Part shown: positions 7,852 to 16,317 of the stretch, piece after piece | Position numbering within the stretch: the first letter of the stretch is position 1 | How the letters are laid out: each line of letters starts with the position of its first letter | Assembly: GCA_964428815.1 (NCBI GenBank) | Contig: CAYSAC010000005.1 | Location: 1-39,478 of the forward strand | Length of the DNA stretch: 39,478 nucleotides | Reading direction: 5' to 3' | Source of the DNA: an uncultured Acidimicrobiaceae bacterium | GTDB lineage: Bacteria; Actinomycetota; Acidimicrobiia; Acidimicrobiales; CAYSAC01 | The notes under the pieces: model-generated | Seen by the model: the letters and a program-made list of their open reading frames with translations, nothing else | Databases searched by the model: none | What the model was told of the DNA's origin: nothing | Position numbers and translations under genes: made by a program

Positions 7852-8091
7852 GTGACCAGTGCCCCCGAAGAGATCGCAGAGGTCGACGCCTCTCCGATGC
7901 GCATCAAGCGCAAGAAGCTCAAGCTGACCCAGGAGCAGCTGGCCGACCGGGTGCACCGTGACCAGTCGACCATCAGCGATGTCGAGCTGGGCCGTGCCCG
8001 CCCGTCGCTCGACCTGGCCGCCGCAATCGCTCGCGAACTCGAGTCGACGGTCGACGAGCTATTCGTCTCCAACGAGGTGGCGGCGCCGTGA
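7852..8091 (+). CDS. Cro-like HTH protein
   Basis: LTQEQLADRVHRDQSTISDVELGRARPSLDLAAAIAREL. Confidence 0.88.
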   Translation: MTSAPEEIAEVDASPMRIKRKKLKLTQEQLADRVHRDQSTISDVELGRARPSLDLAAAIARELESTVDELFVSNEVAAP

Positions 8092-8363
8092 GTGCCCTCG
8101 CCCACCTGCTCGACAACGCCGCCACGGCCTGCCGTGGGGCCGACCCGTCCGACTGGTCGCCTGCTGACTGCGACGCCGTCCTGCGGGGCCTCAACACCGT
8201 CAGCTACGAGGTGGTCGGCCTGGCCGCCCGCATCCGGTCCGCCCGCACCTCGATGGTGAACGACACCCCCGTCGAGCACCCGGTCAAGCCGTACAACCCG
8301 CCGCCACCCACGAAGCCGGCTGACCCTCCGCCTCCCCCGCCTCCTCCGGAGCCGAGGCGATGA
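8088..8363 (+). CDS. Hypothetical protein with poly-Pro tail
   Basis: GTGA/ATGA coupling. Confidence 0.65.
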   Translation: MSALAHLLDNAATACRGADPSDWSPADCDAVLRGLNTVSYEVVGLAARIRSARTSMVNDTPVEHPVKPYNPPPPTKPADPPPPPPPPEPRR

Positions 8364-8500
8364 GTGTCCCCGACGTGTTCAGTGATCCGCAGGCCATGGC
8401 CGAGGTCGCCCAACTGTTCCGCCGGGCACTCGCCCGCTGCGGCCCGGACTGCGACCACTCCCAGCCCGAGGCCAAGGCCCGCTCGAAGGCGGCGTCGTGA
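8360..8500 (+). CDS. 46-aa protein, possible recombination directionality factor
   Basis: Coupled overlaps; MSVPDVFSDPQAMAEVAQLFRRALARC...; function is a guess. Confidence 0.55.
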   Translation: MSVPDVFSDPQAMAEVAQLFRRALARCGPDCDHSQPEAKARSKAAS

Positions 8501-8661
8501 GCCGTTTCGTTGGCCGCCGCTTCGCCCTCATCGAGATCGACGACATGACCGGTGACGACATCGACGGGCACATCATCTACGCCTTCGAGGTTCAGCAGTC
8601 GCCAGTCGGCCAGGCCGTGTCTCGATGGCTGGAACGCCGTCGCTCCAAGGCGGCCTCATGA
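8497..8661 (+). CDS. 54-aa hypothetical protein
   Basis: GTGA overlap; MSRFVGRRFALIEIDD...RSKAAS. Confidence 0.6.
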   Translation: MSRFVGRRFALIEIDDMTGDDIDGHIIYAFEVQQSPVGQAVSRWLERRRSKAAS

Positions 8662-8663
8662 TC

Positions 8664-9063
8664 CCCCGACCTTCCTCCCCCCGCGGGTCGGGGTCGGCCA
8701 GCACCCGCACAATCCGCCGTGCGGGTGCTGGCCATCTTCTCCCGGGTGCCCCCTGCCCGCGGCTGCCGCTGACGCCGGTCGTCGGGTACGGGGCACCCAC
8801 CGATCGCCGACGACTGCGGTCGTCGGTGTCCCGGCCCCCTTCGTCTCCCCCACGGAGAAGGGCCGGTCGGTGTCGGGCCTGTCGTGCACGCATCGGGGAT
8901 CAGCGTGCACACAGGCCGGCACCTCGTTGGCCGTCGTGCGCAGCGAATGGGCTGGTGGGTCCACGCCCGCCCGCCGTCTCGTTCGCTGCGCAGGGCGACT
9001 CACGCCTGAAGCCCTGAACAGAAACGACCGGGCCCCATCGCGGTGTGAGCGCAGGCCGGTCGT
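8664..9063 (+). ncRNA. Candidate structured RNA: at least seven consecutive stem-loops
   Basis: Inverted repeats 8664/8693, 8696/8733 (15 bp perfect), 8744/8798, 8805/8828, 8831/8866, 8876/8917, 8937/8992, 9024/9063; no convincing CDS. Confidence 0.55.
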
Positions 9064-9088
9064 CCCGAACAAACAGGAGCGTAACCCA

Positions 9089-9382
9089 ATGCAGCACACC
9101 ATCGAGGTGAGCATCGAGACCCCGCCGGCGGCCCTTGAGGAACTGAGGCGGCTGCTCTGGATGCGTGACGCGTGTCTGGAAGCAGCGAAGGCGCGCAGCG
9201 AAGAGGCCATCGACCTCGACCAGCTCAAGGCGGCATTCGTGAGTGCCGACCAGGCCGACACCTACTGGACCCGAGCGTTGTTCTTCGCCCACGGTCTCGC
9301 TGCGGCTTTCGGGTCCGGAGAAACGGCCTACCTGGACCTCCTCGCAGAGGCCCGGGGCGCGGCCGAGGTGCAGGCGCCGTGA
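9089..9382 (+). CDS. Hypothetical helical protein
   Basis: AGGAG SD, ATG 9089. Confidence 0.75.
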   Translation: MQHTIEVSIETPPAALEELRRLLWMRDACLEAAKARSEEAIDLDQLKAAFVSADQADTYWTRALFFAHGLAAAFGSGETAYLDLLAEARGAAEVQAP

Positions 9383-9657
9383 CCGACCTCGCCAGCATCG
9401 ACACACCCCAGTCGCTTGCCGTCTGGCTCGCCTCTGACCCCACTGCGGAGCAGCGCCACCAGGCGTTCGACGCCCTGGTCAATGGCCGGGGCTACACCGC
9501 CGGCACCGCCACCTGGGCCCAGGCCGTCAGGCTGAAGGACTCGATCGTGGTGGCTGTGATGATGGACCGGCTCGACGAGGGGATCCGCCATGAGGTGCCC
9601 GTGGTCGACGCCCTGCGTGCCGCCACCGGCGCACGGTTCGTGGGCGGTGCGTCGTGA
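9379..9657 (+). CDS. Hypothetical protein
   Basis: GTGA coupling; typical codon usage. Confidence 0.7.
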   Translation: MTDLASIDTPQSLAVWLASDPTAEQRHQAFDALVNGRGYTAGTATWAQAVRLKDSIVVAVMMDRLDEGIRHEVPVVDALRAATGARFVGGAS

Positions 9658-9800
9658 GCGGCCACTCGCTCGTTGAGACCAGGCTCCTGCGCCGCAGCGA
9701 GCCTGACGCGGGCCGGTGGATCTTCTCCTACGACCGCGGCGCGGCGGGCGAGGTGTTCCGGCTCCACATGGCCCAGCCGCCCGAGGAGGTCACGTCATGA
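9654..9800 (+). CDS. 48-aa hypothetical protein
   Basis: GTGA/ATGA coupling. Confidence 0.6.
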   Translation: MSGHSLVETRLLRRSEPDAGRWIFSYDRGAAGEVFRLHMAQPPEEVTS

Positions 9801-10173
9801 CCCCAAACCCCTGCGACGCCTGCCTCGTCGACAGCCCCGAGCGCTGCATCGGCGTCTCCTGCTACCGCTGCGAACACCTACGCCCTGCCGGAACTGGAAG
9901 TACACGTTCGACCTGCTGTCCTGGAAAGCACCTGAGTTCAGGTTCCACATACCCGACGGTTTCAAGCCGTTGAGCGTGCATCGTCAGGGTGAGTACGGCG
10001 CCATGTGGGTCGAGGTCGACTCGGAGCGGCCGGCCACGGTGACGAGCCGCTTCCTGGTGGTCGGTACCGGTCATGAGGTTCCGGATTCCGGGGCCTATGT
10101 CGGCACCTGGGTCGACGAGTCCGACCTGGTCTGGCACCTCTATGCCCTCCCGGGGTTGGAGGCCACCACATGA
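9797..10173 (+). CDS. Cys-rich N-terminus plus common phage domain (WKY...GTG...YVGT...LVWHLY); apparent -1 frameshift near 9883
   Basis: GAGGAGG SD; two partial frames join by adding one C. Confidence 0.65.
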
Positions 10174-10619
10174 AGCCCCTCACCAAGGCCCTCGTCTGGC
10201 TCGCCCTCGCGGTCGTCACCTGGGCCACGGCCGCCGGCTACGTCTGGCTGTGGATCAAGGTGCCGGTGGCCGCGGGCTACGTCACCGCCTACGCCCTCGG
10301 CGGTGCCAGCTGCTGGCTGGCTGACCGCCCGCGGCGTGCGGAGACCGCAGCCATGGCGGTACAGCTGGACGATCAGCGCGAGGCCGCCATCGTCGTTGAG
10401 GCCGGTGCCGGTGCGCTGCCGCCCGAGCGGTCCGAGCCAACCGTCTACCACGATGGCCCGGAGCCTGAGTCCTGGCTGAACAGCGGCGAGCGGGCCATCA
10501 CCGAGCCCTGCGCCTGGTGTCCTGCACCGGCCAACGTGCGACTCGCCGACGCCTTCGTCCTGTGCTTCAGCTGCGACCACGAGCTGCGGCCGTGGGTCTA
10601 CGAGGGGGCGGGATCGTGA
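10170..10619 (+). CDS. Two-TM membrane protein with C-terminal CxxC...CxxC
   Basis: Hydrophobic N-terminus; CAWC and CFSC. Confidence 0.7.
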   Translation: MKPLTKALVWLALAVVTWATAAGYVWLWIKVPVAAGYVTAYALGGASCWLADRPRRAETAAMAVQLDDQREAAIVVEAGAGALPPERSEPTVYHDGPEPESWLNSGERAITEPCAWCPAPANVRLADAFVLCFSCDHELRPWVYEGAGS

Positions 10620-10871
10620 GCGTTGCAACCACCTGGCTCGGCGACGCTTTGCCGACCAAGCCCTTCACGCTGACCAAGCACCGCAAGGCCGAAGTCGTCG
10701 TGCGCGAGCACAAGGAGGGGGTGGCTGATCACTGGCCGCCGACTCGGCGATCGGCTCCCCACCTTCATGGCAGCGGTTAAGCGGTGCATCCGCCCGCATC
10801 ATGAGGCCGTTACCCGCGACTGCCTCGGGCACTCGGCGAACGTCAAAGTGCTCAAGGCGACCTACCGATGA
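10616..10871 (+). CDS. Hypothetical protein; apparent +1 G in run near 10716-10721
   Basis: Removing one G gives an ORF ending in an ATGA overlap at 10868. Confidence 0.55.
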
Positions 10872-11045
10872 ACGGCGTCTGCAACCACGGCGTCCGCTTC
10901 GTGTCGGTCGAAGGCTCGGCCACCACTCGGCGGCCTGACTACAGCGACGCATGCGGTAAGCCGGCGACTGGGAGGTCGGCCAACGGATTCTGGCCACGGT
11001 GTGATGAGCACCGGGCCACCGACCCCCACACCGGAGACCCCATGA
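10868..11045 (+). CDS. Small Cys/His protein (appears fused to next gene, probably by an extra C)
   Basis: ATGA coupling; GGAG SD before ATG 11042. Confidence 0.45.
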
Positions 11046-11361
11046 CCACCCACTGGTACCGCTCCACCAACCACGGCCGCACCTGGCAGCCCATCACCGT
11101 GGGCGCTGCCACCAGATGTGCCCGCCGCGGCCAGTCCACGCCCTCCTCGCCGGCCCCGAACCCCAGACCACCACCGTCAACGACCCGTTCGCCGGCAAGA
11201 CACTCGCCCCCGACGCCTGCCCACACTGCGGCCATCGCTCCACGTCCCACGCTGACCACGGCCGCGGCCCCTGCACCGTCCGGGTCGGCCCGGCGGGCGG
11301 CGCCCACACCTGCGACTGCACCGGCCCACCCACCCTCCCTGACCCGTCGGCTCGGCCATGA
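11042..11361 (+). CDS. Cys/His-rich protein; apparent frameshift near 11130
   Basis: MTTHWYRS... joins PVHALLAG...CPHCGH...H...C...CDC. Confidence 0.5.
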
Positions 11362-11549
11362 CCCGCCGAGCCCGTCGGCGCCGCAACGCCGCCCTGAACA
11401 ACCTCGCCGCCGTCCAAGCCGCCCAGCTCATCCGCATCAACCACGCCACCGCAGCCACCGACCCATTCCACGACTGCGGCTTCCCCACCTGCACCTGCAC
11501 CAGCACCTGCAACGTCTACCGCTCCACCACCGAGGACCCCCATGCCTAA
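11358..11549 (+). CDS. Small Cys-rich hypothetical protein
   Basis: ATGA coupling; CGFPTCTC. Confidence 0.55.
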   Translation: MTRRARRRRNAALNNLAAVQAAQLIRINHATAATDPFHDCGFPTCTCTSTCNVYRSTTEDPHA

Positions 11550-12048
11550 CCCCAAGCACGCCCCCGCCACAGACCCCGGAGCCGACCTCGAAGCCGGGCC
11601 GCCCATCGAGCGGTTGGAGGCCATCGAGATCCGGCCCGGCGACCTCATCGCCATCCACCCCCGCACCGGCGCCAACACCACCCCCGCCGACGCGTTCAGG
11701 ATCGCCGAACGCATCCAGGAGACGTTCCACGACAACCCCGTCGTCGTCCTCACCGGCGACGCCCACATCGACATCTACCGGGCCGCCGCAGTCGACCCCG
11801 CCCAGATCGCAGGCGACTACCTCCGCCTCAACGGCTGGACCTTCCACGGGCCCGCACCCAGCGGCAACCTCGCTTGGCCAGAGAACGAACACGGCCCCGT
11901 CTACGGCGCATGCATGGCCACCTACACGCTTGGTGACGGCGCCGTCGGCCACCACTGCTGCCGGCCGCCCGGCCACACCGACCCTGACCACCGCTGCCCC
12001 TGCGGCGACGGCTGGCCCGCCCACAACGACCAGGAGACCCCCGCATGA
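11542..12048 (+). CDS. Hypothetical protein with Cys/His C-terminus
   Basis: GAGG SD; C...CC.PPGH...H.C.C. Confidence 0.7.
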   Translation: MPNPKHAPATDPGADLEAGPPIERLEAIEIRPGDLIAIHPRTGANTTPADAFRIAERIQETFHDNPVVVLTGDAHIDIYRAAAVDPAQIAGDYLRLNGWTFHGPAPSGNLAWPENEHGPVYGACMATYTLGDGAVGHHCCRPPGHTDPDHRCPCGDGWPAHNDQETPA

Positions 12049-12611
12049 CCGACCCCGAGATCCAGTCCCCAGGCGACGCTCTCACCCACGTCATCACCTG
12101 CGCCCAGATCGACCCAGGCCACCCCGAGATCACCAGCGACGAGTCCGGCGCCCTCCTGGACAGCCACCTCGCCTCCCTCGGCTGGCACCTCATCCACACC
12201 AACCCCAACGAGAACGTCCGCGTCTTCCCCGACGACGTGTTCATCACCGTCCACCGGCCCGGCTACCAGACCGTCGTCGCCCCCGACCACGACGACCCCG
12301 AACTCGCCGCCATCAGCGCGATCCTCACCGTGCTCGGGGCCCAGCGATACCTCGTCACTGCCGGCACATCGTTCACGATCACGAAGGCTGCCCATGACGA
12401 CGAGCGCGGGGCGAAGCTCGAAGTTCTGCGGCGTCTCGGTCACGCGAGTGGATCCGGTTTCTATCGCGGACAGCTGGGGCGGAAGCTCGAGTGGGCGAAG
12501 GCTCGGCCGGCGACTGACGCTGACTTCGCTCGGTTCGCCGAGATGGCCGACCAGGAGCGCAATCGGCGGCAGCTGATCGAGGCCGTGAAGTCGGTCGAGG
12601 TCACCTCATGA
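12045..12611 (+). CDS. Hypothetical protein
   Basis: AGGAG SD, ATGA coupling. Confidence 0.7.
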   Translation: MTDPEIQSPGDALTHVITCAQIDPGHPEITSDESGALLDSHLASLGWHLIHTNPNENVRVFPDDVFITVHRPGYQTVVAPDHDDPELAAISAILTVLGAQRYLVTAGTSFTITKAAHDDERGAKLEVLRRLGHASGSGFYRGQLGRKLEWAKARPATDADFARFAEMADQERNRRQLIEAVKSVEVTS

Positions 12612-12946
12612 TCTCCCGTCTCGTCACCTGGGCAGCGATCGCTATCACGTTCGGTTGCGGCTGGCAGAGCTACTGCTTCGCTGCTGACGGCGACCCCGAG
12701 TTCGGTGCCATCTGGATCTCATTGAGCCTCCTGGCCGCCGGTGTCGGCTGTGTGGCCAACGCCCTCACCCGGGCCGACCTCGGCACCGACAGCATCCGCC
12801 GGCTGCAACGGCAGTTGACCCAGAAGGACAAGGACCTGGCGTGGTGGAAAGCCAAGGCCCTGGAACAGGTCGACGAGATCGCCTGGTCGCGGGTCGAAGT
12901 CCGGGATGCGCACCGCCAGCTTGAGCTGCTGGAGCGGTCGGCATGA
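12608..12946 (+). CDS. Two-TM protein with coiled coil
   Basis: Hydrophobic N-terminus; IRRLQRQLTQKDKDL. Confidence 0.7.
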   Translation: MISRLVTWAAIAITFGCGWQSYCFAADGDPEFGAIWISLSLLAAGVGCVANALTRADLGTDSIRRLQRQLTQKDKDLAWWKAKALEQVDEIAWSRVEVRDAHRQLELLERSA

Positions 12947-13215
12947 GCGGCCGACAGGAAGCGATCGCGGCGGTGAAGGCCGTCATCCGTCACATTGAGC
13001 CGCAGCCGGTGAGCGTCGAATCCCTCCTGGACGCCATCCCTCCCTCGGTGCTGGCCCGCCTCGCCATCGAGCGTGGCGGGATGACAGGGGCCGAGTCGCA
13101 CCACGACTCGATCTGCTCGTGGCGCATCTGGACCGAGCACGAGGACCTGTTCGACACCGAGCCCGAGTGCGACTGCCAGCCCGTCTACCGCCTCACCGAT
13201 GGGGCCCAGCCGTGA
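12943..13215 (+). CDS. Hypothetical protein (LAxERGGM...PVY paralog 1)
   Basis: ATGA coupling; motif shared with 14537. Confidence 0.7.
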   Translation: MSGRQEAIAAVKAVIRHIEPQPVSVESLLDAIPPSVLARLAIERGGMTGAESHHDSICSWRIWTEHEDLFDTEPECDCQPVYRLTDGAQP

Positions 13216-13739
13216 CCCCCACCACCTACGAGTTGTGGAACGGCGACATTGCCCGGTCGTTGATCCCGTGGGCTGTCGCCGCGGGGGCGTTGATCGTGGC
13301 GTTGCTGTCCGGGGAGCGCACCAACACATGGAAGCACCGGTACAAGGCGAAGACTGCCGAGATCGCCGAGCTGACCGCTGCCCTGGCTGATGCCCGCTTC
13401 CAGCGGTCTGCCCGTCAGCAGCCGGTGCCGCTCCCCGTGTGGGTCGACCCCGCCGAGGTGCCGCCGCGGCGCCGGCATTGGCACATCCGGCTGATGTGGC
13501 CCGGCCTCACCCCCCTCCAGGTCCCGTACAGCTACGGCGACCCGCTCGACCCGGTCCGGCTGCAGGTCGACCCGTGCCTTACGCCGTCCATGACCGAACG
13601 GGCCCTGCACGCCTGGCTTGCCGAGGACCAGGTGCAGTCGTGGCCGCCGCTCGACACCGAAGGACTCATGGTCGCCCGGCTCATCACCGAGGTCGAAGCA
13701 CTCGACACCCGAGAAATGGAGGCACTCGCAGATGCCTGA
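13212..13739 (+). CDS. Single-TM hypothetical protein
   Basis: GTGA coupling; LIPWAVAAGALIVALL. Confidence 0.65.
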   Translation: MTPTTYELWNGDIARSLIPWAVAAGALIVALLSGERTNTWKHRYKAKTAEIAELTAALADARFQRSARQQPVPLPVWVDPAEVPPRRRHWHIRLMWPGLTPLQVPYSYGDPLDPVRLQVDPCLTPSMTERALHAWLAEDQVQSWPPLDTEGLMVARLITEVEALDTREMEALADA

Positions 13740-14019
13740 GCTGCTCACCGCGAACGAGGTCCGCAAGGTCCGGTACGTGGCCAAGGCGATCGCTGAGCGG
13801 CACGACCTCGACGACGAGTCGGGGGAGCTGATCCACGACCTGCTGGTGGCGCTCGACACCATCGACGCTCTGCGCGACTCGGCCCCGCAGCCCAGGGTGC
13901 TGTGGCGCGGCCGCGTGGGCCAGATCGCAGCGTCGTTGCTGGGCAAGAAGCCCAGCGCCCGCGGTTGGGACCCCGACATGCAGGTGGTCGTCATGGCGGA
14001 CACGGAGGTAGACGGGTGA
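13732..14019 (+). CDS. Hypothetical protein
   Basis: GGAGG SD, ATG 13732. Confidence 0.65.
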   Translation: MPELLTANEVRKVRYVAKAIAERHDLDDESGELIHDLLVALDTIDALRDSAPQPRVLWRGRVGQIAASLLGKKPSARGWDPDMQVVVMADTEVDG

Positions 14020-14324
14020 GGGGCCTGAACTTCGTCCACATTGAGCAGACCGTCGGCTCGATGGCGACCGTGAAGGTCGACCTCGTGTCGGTCTATCCGG
14101 CGACCGCTGACCAGCTCGCCCTGATGGGCAAGCTCTCGGCCGTCATTGAGACACACGTCCAGGACGTCCTCTCCGCTCCGCCGGTCCACGGGGACACGGA
14201 GACCCCGGCGTCGTGCGCGGTGTGCGGTGTCGTGCCGGCTCCTGGTGGCGCCTGCGCTCGTTGCAACGCCGCCATCTGGGCACCCGACGGGGACACGGAG
14301 ACCCCGGAGGTGACCGGTGGCTGA
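14016..14324 (+). CDS. Hypothetical protein with CxxC...CxxC flanked by a 21-bp direct repeat
   Basis: GGAGG SD; GDTETP twice (14188-14208, 14287-14307). Confidence 0.65.
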   Translation: MRGLNFVHIEQTVGSMATVKVDLVSVYPATADQLALMGKLSAVIETHVQDVLSAPPVHGDTETPASCAVCGVVPAPGGACARCNAAIWAPDGDTETPEVTGG

Positions 14325-14544
14325 GCGTCGCACTTGGCGGGTCGGCTTCTACGTCGAGGTCGAGGTCGACACCGCGTACGGGCAGGAGGCGGCGATGGTC
14401 GCTGAGGCCGCGTGCCGGTGGCCGGGCTCGTGGCGCCCGGCGCACGACCCCGTCACGACCGAAGGGCACATCAACGGCAAGCCGGTCGTGGCCCACATCA
14501 TTCGATCCGAGGCGCTGATGGTGAAGGAGTCCTCCGATGGGTGA
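14317..14544 (+). CDS. Hypothetical protein
   Basis: GGAGG SD, GTG start. Confidence 0.65.
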   Translation: MAERRTWRVGFYVEVEVDTAYGQEAAMVAEAACRWPGSWRPAHDPVTTEGHINGKPVVAHIIRSEALMVKESSDG

Positions 14545-14825
14545 CGCCCTCCAGGACGCGATCGGGATCGTGGCCGATGTCCTCGCTGGGATCGACGACT
14601 CGCAGCCCCTACGAGACCCAGGCCGCCGTCGTGATGGACGGCCTCTCCGGACGCCTGCACGCCGAGCTCGCGGTCGAGCGGGGCGGCATGGAGCAGGTCG
14701 GGTGGTGGCAGCGCTCGCGGGAGCACGACGAGACCATCCACCGGCTCCCGCGCACCGCCAACGACGCAAAGCGCCGCGGCGAACGGCCCGTCTACACCCT
14801 CAACGAGGAGAACGACCGTGCGTGA
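14537..14825 (+). CDS. Hypothetical protein (LAxERGGM...PVY paralog 2); apparent +1 C near 14606
   Basis: AAGGAG SD; frames join as DDSQP-YETQAAVV. Confidence 0.65.
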
Positions 14826-15036
14826 GCCCGAGTGCGACCACGACCGGCAGGGGATCGTCACCTCCGGTAGCCCAGACGGCCCGCACGCCGCGACGAACGT
14901 CTGCGCCCGCCCCGAGTGCGTGCAGGACGCCATCTACTGGGCGTACGGCATCACCCGGCTACCGGCGACCTACCGACCGGACCCCGGCCAGCCCTACCCG
15001 CAGCCCTCCCTGTTCCCCGAGGCGGTGACCCGGTGA
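14818..15036 (+). CDS. Small Cys/His protein
   Basis: GAGGAG SD; CDH...VC...EC. Confidence 0.65.
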   Translation: MREPECDHDRQGIVTSGSPDGPHAATNVCARPECVQDAIYWAYGITRLPATYRPDPGQPYPQPSLFPEAVTR

Positions 15037-15061
15037 GCCGCGACGTCGCCCACCTGCTGGC

Positions 15062-15466
15062 GTGACCGGCACCAAGCAGTGCAGCCGCTGCGGCCAGACC
15101 AAGGACGTCGCAGAGTTCCACCGCCGGGCGTCCACCGGCCGCCTCGAGGCCGCCTGCCGGGCGTGCGAGCGCGAACGGGTCCTCGCCTACCGGGCCGCCC
15201 AGCGAGCCGCCGTGGGCGACGAGACCTACAGGACCGACGCCGCCGAGGCGCAGCAGGCCCGGCGCCAAGCCAACGGTTACGGCTACGAGCGAGCCCGTGA
15301 GCGAGCTCGGGCCGCCTTGCGCGAGCAGTACCGCGACGAGTTCGAGGAGATCCGACGCGGGCTCACGGGCCCCGGGACCCACGACGGGGCCGAGACGCTG
15401 CTGGCCGCCGCCCACAGGGCCGAGTTCGACGAACTGCTCGCCAAGGAGCGCAAGGCCCATGCGTAG
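15062..15466 (+). CDS. Zinc-ribbon (CxxC...CxxC) plus basic helical protein
   Basis: KQCSRCGQTKDVAEF...CRAC; start may be 15033 if one C is missing. Confidence 0.7.
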   Translation: MTGTKQCSRCGQTKDVAEFHRRASTGRLEAACRACERERVLAYRAAQRAAVGDETYRTDAAEAQQARRQANGYGYERARERARAALREQYRDEFEEIRRGLTGPGTHDGAETLLAAAHRAEFDELLAKERKAHA

Positions 15467-15785
15467 GACCATCGAGGCCCCCGATTGGCTCGACATCCAC
15501 GAGCTGGCCGCCGTCAACATCGACGACCGGGCGTGGCTGCGGGAGGCGGCGTGCGCCGATCAGCCGTCGGCCATCTTCATGCCGCCCATCCAGCCCGGCA
15601 TCACGCCCGACTTCTACGACGCCGCCCTGGTCTGCATCACCTGTCCGGCACGCGTCAGCTGCCTGGCGACGTGGCTGGCCCATACGGCCTTCAGCGTGGA
15701 CGCCCAGACGAACTGCTACGTGGGCGGCACCACGCCGGCCCAGCGGGTGGTCATTCGCCGGCAGCTGAAGGCGGTGCCGCGGTGA
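15459..15785 (+). CDS. whiB: WhiB-family protein, divergent
   Basis: WLREAAC...IF...VCITCPARVSCL...YVGGTTPAQR. Confidence 0.8.
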   Translation: MRRTIEAPDWLDIHELAAVNIDDRAWLREAACADQPSAIFMPPIQPGITPDFYDAALVCITCPARVSCLATWLAHTAFSVDAQTNCYVGGTTPAQRVVIRRQLKAVPR

Positions 15786-16075
15786 CCTCTGTCCGATCCC
15801 AGCGTCTCGCCGAGGCGGACGACGACTGGAAGGCCTACGCCAACTGCCTCGGCGTCGACCCCGATCTGTTCTTCCCGCAGCGCGGTGATCCGACCAAGGA
15901 CGCCAAGGCCGTCTGCCGCGGCTGTGCAGTCCGTGAGGACTGCCTGAAGCACGCCCTCACTCACGGCGAGAAGTTCGGCGTCTGGGGCGGCCTGAGCGAA
16001 CGAGAACGACAACGCATCCGCAAGGCCCGCGCACAGCGGGTGCGGATCATCACGACTACGGAGGTAGCGAGTTGA
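15782..16075 (+). CDS. whiB: WhiB-family transcription factor, canonical
   Basis: ANCLGVDPDLFFP...AKAVCRGCAVREDCL...FGVWGGLSERER. Confidence 0.95.
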   Translation: MTSVRSQRLAEADDDWKAYANCLGVDPDLFFPQRGDPTKDAKAVCRGCAVREDCLKHALTHGEKFGVWGGLSERERQRIRKARAQRVRIITTTEVAS

Positions 16076-16317
16076 AGCGACGCACGATCACCGTCGAGCT
16101 GGAGGTCGAGGGGCGGCGGGCCGATCCCGATTACCTCCTGAGCTGGCTGCGTAGTCAGGGTGGCATCGTCACTGCAGAACTGGCGTCGGAGCGATCCCGG
16201 ACGACCCGTCGCGGCAACGTTATGCAGCGGTGTCTCCACTGCCACTTCAACTTCGCCGACCTGGCCGGCCACGTGCTCCGCATGCACCCGGCGATGGTCG
16301 AGACGGAGAGGGCTTGA
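16072..16317 (+). CDS. Protein with C-terminal C2H2-like finger
   Basis: GGAGG SD; CLHC...HVLRMH. Confidence 0.65.
   Translation: MKRRTITVELEVEGRRADPDYLLSWLRSQGGIVTAELASERSRTTRRGNVMQRCLHCHFNFADLAGHVLRMHPAMVETERA

Noticed and set aside
8664-9063. CRISPR array, tRNA cluster or terminator set
   Set aside because: Stems share no repeated sequence, there are no clear T-loop/anticodon/CCA features, and no U-tracts.
10868-12397. 509-aa Pro/Thr-rich protein
   Set aside because: Off-frame read-through of a C-rich region already tiled by coupled small genes.
14188-14307. 21-bp direct repeat as att or mobile-element end
   Set aside because: Both copies are in frame within one gene (GDTETP), consistent with a small intragenic duplication.
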